The notes under the pieces are model-generated. The model ran no database searches. It was not told the DNA's origin and saw only the letters and a list, made by a program, of their open reading frames with translations. The translations under genes and the position numbers were made by a program. Below, piece by piece: positions 47,619-53,820 of a DNA stretch of 64,000 nt. Every line of letters starts with the position of its first letter. The first letter of the stretch is position 1. The stretch comes from an uncultured Candidatus Saccharibacteria bacterium. GTDB lineage: Bacteria > Patescibacteriota > Saccharimonadia > Saccharimonadales > Saccharimonadaceae. The stretch covers positions 1,200-65,199 of the forward strand of contig CAMJLE010000002.1 in the NCBI GenBank assembly GCA_946406665.1. Direction: 5' to 3'.

Positions 47619-47688
47619 GAAAAATAACCCATAGGGGTTATCTTTCATCAAAACCATTTCGAGCGTAGTTTCTAGAGCTGCGCTCAAT
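47619..47688 (-). ncRNA. Predicted antisense sRNA of cassette copy 1
   Basis: Minus-strand TGCTATAAT (complement of 47695-703), hairpin GAGCGCAGCTCTAGAAACTACGCTC, and terminator ATAACCCC-TAT-GGGTTAT plus TTTTT. Confidence 0.4.
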
Positions 47689-47871
47689 AAGTATATTATA
47701 GCAAAAGCATTAAACTTACGCTTTTGCTTCTAGTTAATTAGGCATATTGTCTTTGAGGGTACGTGTTTTGCCCTATTGAATGTTTTAGCCATAAGCCATT
47801 GGAGGCCAGCTCGCTGGGGCTTCAATGAACGGTGATTCTAGATAGCTAGAGGTCCCGGAGAAAGTCTTTGC

Positions 47872-47952
47872 ATGAGCGTTCGGATTACCATCATGGGCGT
47901 AAGTGTGGAGTTTGGAATTCGGTTTCCGAAATTCAAAAAAATTCGTCGCTAA
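47872..47952 (+). CDS. Cassette copy 2 small ORF, 26 aa (MSVRITIMGVSVEFGIRFPKFKKIRR)
   Basis: SD GGAGAAAG lies upstream. The C-terminus IRF.K.KKIRR parallels copy 3 (IRLVRKPKKVSR). Confidence 0.5.
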   Translation: MSVRITIMGVSVEFGIRFPKFKKIRR

Positions 47953-48006
47953 ATAAATAACGACGAACCAAACACGTCGAGTGTAGTTTCTAGAACTGCG
48001 CTCGTT
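47934..48006 (-). ncRNA. Predicted antisense sRNA of cassette copy 2
   Basis: Minus-strand TGATATAAT (complement of 48013-21), hairpin GAGCGCAGTTCTAGAAACTACACTC, and terminator TTCGTCG..CGACGAA plus TTTTTTT, which overlaps the last sORF codons. Confidence 0.4.
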
Positions 48007-48175
48007 GAATATATTATATCAAATAATTGAACTCATGCTTTTATGAGTGAAATCTAAACATTAATATGTGAACGGGTTATTTTGGCATCGCGTGAGGCTC
48101 GGAGAGAACTCTCGCTCGCAGGAGCCTCACTGAACGGTGATTCTAGATAGCTAGACGCTCCTGAGAAAGATTCAG

Positions 48176-48259
48176 ATGTCACTCACTTTCAGGATTTGGA
48201 TTGTGGAGTTGAGGTCCGAAATTCGCTTGGTGCGGAAGCCAAAAAAAGTTAGCCGCTAG
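48176..48259 (+). CDS. Cassette copy 3 small ORF, 27 aa (MSLTFRIWIVELRSEIRLVRKPKKVSR)
   Basis: GAGAAAG lies 6 nt upstream. The stop codon sits inside the terminator hairpin of the antisense RNA. Confidence 0.5.
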   Translation: MSLTFRIWIVELRSEIRLVRKPKKVSR

Positions 48260-48307
48260 CGGCTAACCAAACCCAAACAGAGCGTAGTTTCTAGAGCTGC
48301 GCTCGTT
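48241..48307 (-). ncRNA. Predicted antisense sRNA of cassette copy 3
   Basis: Minus-strand TGATATAAT (complement of 48314-22, abutting the permease stop codon), hairpin GAGCGCAGCTCTAGAAACTACGCTC, and terminator GTTAGCCGCTAGCGGCTAAC plus TTTTTTT. Confidence 0.4.
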
Positions 48308-48324
48308 GGATATATTATATCACG

Positions 48325-49104
48325 CTACTCGACATTCACGCCTTTACTAAACAGTTTCTTACCACCGAAGTACAAGCCGGTTGTCAGCACGAGATACAAT
48401 GCATCAGTTACGGCAATGAGCGTGCGGTAGGTCGAGAAGCCGATTGCAACATCCATCGCGTCGCCAAACATGGCTTTGACACTATCGTCAAAAATGCCAA
48501 TTCCGTAAATGATGCCGAGCAGCAAGCTCTGCAGAGTGAAATATAACACTATGCCAAGAACCGCCGAACGAATCATGCGGCCATTATTTGCGCGATGACC
48601 AACGGTAAGGCTAAACATGCCAACATTCACGGCGTAAACTACTTCCAAGACAGCCGTAACGAGAATCCCGAGAACAATAAATGTCATATCGCCATCTTTG
48701 AAGACCGAGCGAAAATACTCATACATATCATTGTTCCAAAATGCAATAAAGAAACAAGTAATCACGACGGCGAGAGATAATAAAATGGCACAGAGTCCAG
48801 AAAGAACTTTGCTATCGTAGAGCGTATTTTTGCTTACTGGTAGCGTATGCGTCAAATATGCTTCGTCTTTATAGAAACTTTGGCGGAAACGTTCCCATAT
48901 TCGAATTGCCGAATTAATGACAGCATTAGCGAAAGCTGCAATCGTAAAACCACGCAAAATGCCAAAGACGAGATCACCAATTACGGAGCCCGTAAAGTTG
49001 CTGGAAATGCGAGTGAGGATAGATAGAATAGCCGTAATAGCAAAAATTACAACCATGTTACGATTCATCCACAGGAAGTCGTATTTAATTAGCTTTTTTA
49101 GCAT
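48325..49104 (-). CDS. ABC transporter permease-like membrane protein
   Basis: About 6 TMs. Start taken at MLKKLIKYDF (ATG 49104), overlapping the ATPase gene's end by 20 nt. Confidence 0.6.
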   Translation of the reverse strand: MLKKLIKYDFLWMNRNMVVIFAITAILSILTRISSNFTGSVIGDLVFGILRGFTIAAFANAVINSAIRIWERFRQSFYKDEAYLTHTLPVSKNTLYDSKVLSGLCAILLSLAVVITCFFIAFWNNDMYEYFRSVFKDGDMTFIVLGILVTAVLEVVYAVNVGMFSLTVGHRANNGRMIRSAVLGIVLYFTLQSLLLGIIYGIGIFDDSVKAMFGDAMDVAIGFSTYRTLIAVTDALYLVLTTGLYFGGKKLFSKGVNVE

Positions 49105-49792
49105 GGAACATCCTCCTAAATATTTCATCGATTGATGCTTTTTCTTTACTGCGAAGTTTGTCAGCATCGCTAGTTAGCGCAATTTTACCTTTATCGATGA
49201 AGATTACCTCATCGAGGATGCGCTCGATATCAGATATTAGATGCGTGGATATAATTACACTGGAGCCTTCTTTGAAATTGGACAAGATTGTATCGAGAAT
49301 ATAATCGCGCGTGGCAGGGTCGACGCCGCCAAGCGGCTCGTCCAAAATATACAGATCCGCGGCGCGCGACATTACCAAAATCAGCTGTAGTTTTTCTTGC
49401 ATACCCTTAGACATTTTGGATATTTTTGAGTCTGCATCGAGATCTAAATCTTCGAGCAATTTATATGCGCGATCCAGGTCGAAATCCTCATAGAAATCTT
49501 CGAACATTTTAATCGCTTGGCTGACCCGCATATTTTTGTCCAAATATGTGCGTTCAGGCAAGTACGAAATGTGCGCCTTCGATGGGGCGCCGATAGCCTT
49601 CCTTTTGAATAAAATCGTGCCGTCGGTTGGTGTGAGTAAATCGTTAATTAACTTTATTAGCGTTGTTTTGCCGGCACCATTTTTGCCGAGCAGACCGTAA
49701 ATTTTGCCGGGCTCAATTTTGAGACTAACGTCGTCGAGTACGGTTTTACGGTCGAATGTTTTCGTGAGATGTTTGCATTCTAGCAAAGTCAT
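49085..49792 (-). CDS. ABC transporter ATP-binding protein
   Basis: Walker A GKNGAGKTT, signature MSKGMQEKL, Walker B LYILDEP. Confidence 0.9.
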   Translation of the reverse strand: MTLLECKHLTKTFDRKTVLDDVSLKIEPGKIYGLLGKNGAGKTTLIKLINDLLTPTDGTILFKRKAIGAPSKAHISYLPERTYLDKNMRVSQAIKMFEDFYEDFDLDRAYKLLEDLDLDADSKISKMSKGMQEKLQLILVMSRAADLYILDEPLGGVDPATRDYILDTILSNFKEGSSVIISTHLISDIERILDEVIFIDKGKIALTSDADKLRSKEKASIDEIFRRMFHAKKAN

Positions 49793-50154
49793 CTGCCGCC
49801 TCCTATTTCTTGCAAGGTATTAATTGCTTCTTCGAAAGTGACGCCGATTTTTTGCGCTTCGGCAAGATAGGCTTTGGCCGCAGCGACTGCGAGTTGCTTC
49901 TTGTATTTCGCAATCAGCTTTTGATCTTCAGTGACGAATTTACCGTTCGTGCGCTCGGTAAAAATCAGCTGCTGGTCTTCAAGTTCTTGAAGAGCTTTTT
50001 GCATTGTGTTGGGGTTAACTCGCGCCTGGCTGGCCAATTCGCGCACAGACGGGAGTCGACTTCCCGCCGCGTACTGTCCCGACACAATCATCAGCCGCAA
50101 CTGCTCTACCAGTTGAAGATAGATTGGTCTTTCGTTGTCGAAAACGAATTGAAT
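49789..50154 (-). CDS. GntR family (YtrA-subfamily) transcriptional regulator; apparent ATT start
   Basis: The wHTH segment is LPSVRELASQARVNPNTMQKAL. The frame is open upstream of the track's TTG (50100) and encodes (I)QFVFDNERPIYLQLVEQL, the expected YtrA N-terminus. GAAAGGA lies 5 nt before ATT (complement of 50152-54). Confidence 0.7.
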   Translation of the reverse strand: MQFVFDNERPIYLQLVEQLRLMIVSGQYAAGSRLPSVRELASQARVNPNTMQKALQELEDQQLIFTERTNGKFVTEDQKLIAKYKKQLAVAAAKAYLAEAQKIGVTFEEAINTLQEIGGGR

Positions 50155-50220
50155 AAGCGTCCTTTCTATTGTATTACTTGCTTAATACAATAATACATAG
50201 TAGATGCTTATTCGTAAATA

Positions 50221-52023
50221 CTATTTGTTGTTCTTCGTATACGCTTCGATGAAACTTTTTAGTTTCTCGCCATTCAGCTTCACAAAATCTTCGTAGCTCT
50301 TCTCTGCTATAGCATCCGTCAAGAACTTTTGGTCCGCTTCATCAAGTTTGTCCGAACCTCGAAGCTGCTCGGAAATACAGTAAAGCAGATATGCTAGGCT
50401 GGCATTTTTATTTTCGCCATCTCCGAGTTTTACGACATGCTCAATCTCGTGGCTGGTGTCGGCAAGCGGTTCTTTATAGCGAAGCTTGATTGTGCAGAGT
50501 TCGTCCGAATCATTCACTACGGCAGTTTGATATTTGAACTCGCCGCCCGTAGCGGAGCCGTCGTTCATAGTTAGCTCATATAGCGCAATACCATGACCGC
50601 CGCTACCATATGGCTCGGAAATGACTGTATCGTTTTTGAAATCTTCGTGATTGAGTTCGCGATTTTCGTAGCCGAGCAAACGATATTCCTTGACAAACTT
50701 TGGATTGAATTCGACCTGAGCTTTGACGTCTTTGGCAATAATATTAGTTAGGCTTTCATAGCGTTTGTCGATGGACTCGGACACGTCTTCGAGACTATTG
50801 ACGACACAGTAAGTTCCATTACCATGTTTGGCTAGAACTTCGAGTTTTTCGTCCTGATAATTCCATAGGCCCGTGCCGATGACGGAAAGAAATAGACTTT
50901 CTTTTTTCTTTTCTTCGATGAGTTTTTCGAGGCCGCCTTTGTCGGTGATGCCGAAATTGAGGTCGCCGTCCGTAATGAGAATAACTTGATTGTTCCAGGC
51001 GGCGTCGTAATTATGCTTGCCAATCTCGTATGCCGTCTCGATGCCCTTGGAGCCATAAGTGCCGCCATTAATCAGGAGAGTTAGTACTTTGCCCATAATG
51101 TATTCTTTGTCGTAGCCTGAGCGGATGGCGTAATTTTTGAGCACCGTTTCATCTACGGAGCTATACGTAACTAGGCTAAATATATCGCCAACCTTAAGCT
51201 TGCTCACAATAACCGCAATAGATTGCTGCGTAACTTCTGTATTGCGACTCATGCTGCCAGAAACATCGAGCAATAGAATAATGTTTTGGTGTTCTTTGAT
51301 TTCGGATTTGGCCTGCGCGTTAATATATAGCAGTTTTTTAGTATCGCTCTTGTCCAGAATCTCGGTGCTAATATTAAACGTATCTTGCTTTGGTTTTGGG
51401 TTATCGTAATCAAAATAATTGAGCAATTCTTCAATGCGAACTTGCGATAAATCTACGTCGCGGCCATTGCGAATTTGGTTCATGACAACACCCATAGATG
51501 CGGTCGTGGTGGTCATGCGGAAAGTGGAAGTTGGCGCCGCAAATACGCCTTTAGCATCTTTTTCCTCAATGGGCGCGTAAGAGTCTGTGGAAATATTTTC
51601 CATAAACCCATCCGGTAAATCCTCAGAAAAACTCATGCGAATAGCCATTGACGCACCCACCTCCACCATAGCGCCATCTTCCGGCTCGCTCACTTTGGCG
51701 CGCCCCTTGCTCGCGCTCTTAGCAACGCTAGCTAGGCGGATACTGCTGTTTGGAATGTTGTCGTAATTGTATCTTCTGGTTGAGTATTTTTCGTAGATGC
51801 GCCGAACAGCCACGTCGATATCATCATCACCGACAAAGTCGTAAATTTTAGCCAGCAAGTTTTCCTCGCCAAGTTCTTTGAAAAATTTATTCACGGTTCG
51901 ATTATTGCCATAAGTAAAACAGGACAGGACGCTAGCGGCTTCTTCGGAATAGCCCAAGCCAGCATAGAAATCATACTTCTGCTTGAGTTTGGCGGTGTTT
52001 TTGATAGAGTCTTTTAATGCCAT
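50221..52023 (-). CDS. von Willebrand factor type A domain protein (YfbK-like)
   Basis: 600 aa with the MIDAS motif LLLDVSGSMS and a conserved C-terminal region like YfbK-type proteins. Confidence 0.75.
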   Translation of the reverse strand: MALKDSIKNTAKLKQKYDFYAGLGYSEEAASVLSCFTYGNNRTVNKFFKELGEENLLAKIYDFVGDDDIDVAVRRIYEKYSTRRYNYDNIPNSSIRLASVAKSASKGRAKVSEPEDGAMVEVGASMAIRMSFSEDLPDGFMENISTDSYAPIEEKDAKGVFAAPTSTFRMTTTTASMGVVMNQIRNGRDVDLSQVRIEELLNYFDYDNPKPKQDTFNISTEILDKSDTKKLLYINAQAKSEIKEHQNIILLLDVSGSMSRNTEVTQQSIAVIVSKLKVGDIFSLVTYSSVDETVLKNYAIRSGYDKEYIMGKVLTLLINGGTYGSKGIETAYEIGKHNYDAAWNNQVILITDGDLNFGITDKGGLEKLIEEKKKESLFLSVIGTGLWNYQDEKLEVLAKHGNGTYCVVNSLEDVSESIDKRYESLTNIIAKDVKAQVEFNPKFVKEYRLLGYENRELNHEDFKNDTVISEPYGSGGHGIALYELTMNDGSATGGEFKYQTAVVNDSDELCTIKLRYKEPLADTSHEIEHVVKLGDGENKNASLAYLLYCISEQLRGSDKLDEADQKFLTDAIAEKSYEDFVKLNGEKLKSFIEAYTKNNK

Positions 52024-52089
52024 ATCTCCTCCTATTTATGAGGTTATTATAGTCCAGTGTAATACATTTTTCGTATATAATATCCATGA

Positions 52090-52618
52090 ATGATGTTCGT
52101 AGCTGGAGAGACACTGTCGTTGCTGGCTGCGCTTGCTTTGGTATATTCTACATTCACCAACAAGAAGCAGGAAATGATGAAATGGCAAGCACTGAAATGC
52201 GGTCTTTCTCGGGTTTTCGGATTGGTTTCTGGGTGCCCATTCGGCCGTTGTGACAAATGTTCTGACCTTCGTTAGAAATATTCTATCCGCGAAGGGGAAG
52301 CTAAGCAAAAGTTTAACTTTGGTTATTTGCGCGCTAATGATTGTCGTTGGCTCGCTATTCAATAATCGGGGCTGACTGGGCGTGTTGCCGATAGTCGCTT
52401 CGGTGCAATTTACGCTTTGCGTCTATTCGCTAAAGTCTGCGCAGCATATGAGAATTGCGCTCATAGTTAATTTGATGCTGTGGGCAATTATTGACTTCTT
52501 AATCCAGGCTTACCCAATGTTCGTTGCCGATATAGTGATTGCCATAGTGACGTTCGTAAATGTATTGAGATTTCGAGACGAACGTGGCAATAAGAAGCGC
52601 AAGAAGGCGACCAAGTAA
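52090..52618 (+). pseudogene. YgjV-like inner-membrane protein remnant (one frameshift plus one in-frame TGA)
   Basis: Three pieces: MMFVAGETLSLLAALALVYSTFTNKKQEMMKWQAL (frame 1); NAVFLGFSDWFLGAHSAVVTNVLTFVRNILSAKGK...NNRG (shifted frame, switch near 52190-52200); then TGA at 52373-75 followed in frame by LGVLPIVASVQF... The family call is from memory. Confidence 0.4.
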
Positions 52619-52818
52619 CCTCGCGAGTGGGAACAAAAAAGTGGGCTTGGTTGCTACCCGACGGCTGCAAGCCGCCCTTCTTCTCTTTATCGTATTTACG
52701 CAATTCTACCTTTTCTGCCCATCTAGTAATTGTATCTTTAACTTCCGCGCAACAAAAGCGTGAGTTTATTCCGACCGACGCGATGCTCCCGCTTGGCGCT
52801 AGGTGTTATAATACAGAT

Positions 52819-53820
52819 ATGGCAATCGAGAGGGTGATTGATACTAGTCTCCACGAAGACGACAGCGATGAGCGAGCCGTTGAGTTTTCGCTACGCCCCA
52901 CAAACTTCAATGAATATATCGGCCAGCGACGCCTGAAAACTAACTTAAAGCTAGCTATCGATGCGGCAAAGAAACGCGGCGACGTGATGGATCACGTATT
53001 GCTATTCGGGCCTCCAGGACTTGGAAAAACGACTATGGCTGGCGTAATTGCACATGAAATGGGGGCGAATTTTCGGGCTACTTCTGCTCCATCGATTGAA
53101 AAAGCAGGCGATTTAGCAAGTATTCTAACAAACTTAGCCGATGGTGACATATTATTTATTGACGAAATTCATCGCTTGCGGCGTGCGGTTGAGGAAATCC
53201 TCTATTCGGCAATGGAGGATTATAAGCTTGATATCGTGATCGGTAAAGGACCGGCTGCGCGAAGCGTCAAGCTCGACCTACCGCGCTTTACATTAATCGG
53301 TGCCACTACGCAGGCCGGAAATCTCGCTGGACCGCTGCGTGACCGTTTTGGGCATTCCTATAGATTAGAGTATTATGCAAATGATGATATCCAACAAATA
53401 ATAGAACGCTCGGCAAGTATTCTAAACACGTCGATTGACTCAACGGCCTCTAAGCTGCTGGCGGAACGTTCGCGTTTGACGCCACGCATCGCAAACAGAC
53501 TGCTAAAGCGTGTACGCGATTACGCCGACGTAAATGGCGATGGAATAATTGACGAGCCGATTGCGAGGAGTGCTCTAAAAATGTTGGAAATCGACGATTT
53601 AGGTCTGGATCCGGCTGATCGCAATATGCTCACTTTAATGTACGAAAAATATGGCGACAGGCCGGTTGGGCTAAATACAATTGCGGCTTTAACTGGCGAT
53701 GAGGCTTCGACGATCGAGGATTATTTGGAACCTTTCTTGGTGCAAATGGGAATGATCCAACGCACGCCACGCGGCCGCATCGTAACGGACGTAGCGAAGA
53801 ATCATCTTGGCCTCGTTTAG
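52819..53820 (+). CDS. ruvB: Holliday junction branch migration helicase RuvB
   Basis: MAIERV..., LLFGPPGLGKTT, ILFIDEIHRL. TGTTATAAT at 52804-12 lies 6 nt before the ATG, so the mRNA is possibly leaderless. The track ORF's upstream extension is rejected. Confidence 0.95.
   Translation: MAIERVIDTSLHEDDSDERAVEFSLRPTNFNEYIGQRRLKTNLKLAIDAAKKRGDVMDHVLLFGPPGLGKTTMAGVIAHEMGANFRATSAPSIEKAGDLASILTNLADGDILFIDEIHRLRRAVEEILYSAMEDYKLDIVIGKGPAARSVKLDLPRFTLIGATTQAGNLAGPLRDRFGHSYRLEYYANDDIQQIIERSASILNTSIDSTASKLLAERSRLTPRIANRLLKRVRDYADVNGDGIIDEPIARSALKMLEIDDLGLDPADRNMLTLMYEKYGDRPVGLNTIAALTGDEASTIEDYLEPFLVQMGMIQRTPRGRIVTDVAKNHLGLV

Larger units (their letters stand above)
47395..48322. repeat. Tandem array of three ~280-320-nt paralogous cassettes (leader + sORF + antisense unit)
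   Basis: Shared blocks are GCTCGC(A/T)GGGGCTTCAATGAACGGTGATTCTAGATAGCTAGA, TGTGGAGTT, CCAAAC, GAGCGTAGTTTCTAGAGCTGCGCTC and ATATATTATATCA. GAACTCATGCTTTTATG occurs at 47397 and 48029. Confidence 0.75.

Noticed and set aside
47100-48325. Could the repeat-rich ORF-free region be a CRISPR array or a tandem type III antitoxin repeat?
   Set aside because: The repeat unit is ~280-320 nt, not 25-40 nt. There is no short direct repeat/spacer periodicity, no cas genes and no adjacent toxin ORF. The units instead contain an SD+sORF and their own promoters and terminators.
52627-52818. N-terminal extensions of track ORFs: ruvB from 52627, rsmA to 22882, ruvC to 61326, nuclease to 41398, rubrerythrin to 41909, dacB-like to 5702
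   Set aside because: Homology begins at internal ATGs that follow an SD or promoter. The extensions overlap upstream genes and have improbable composition.
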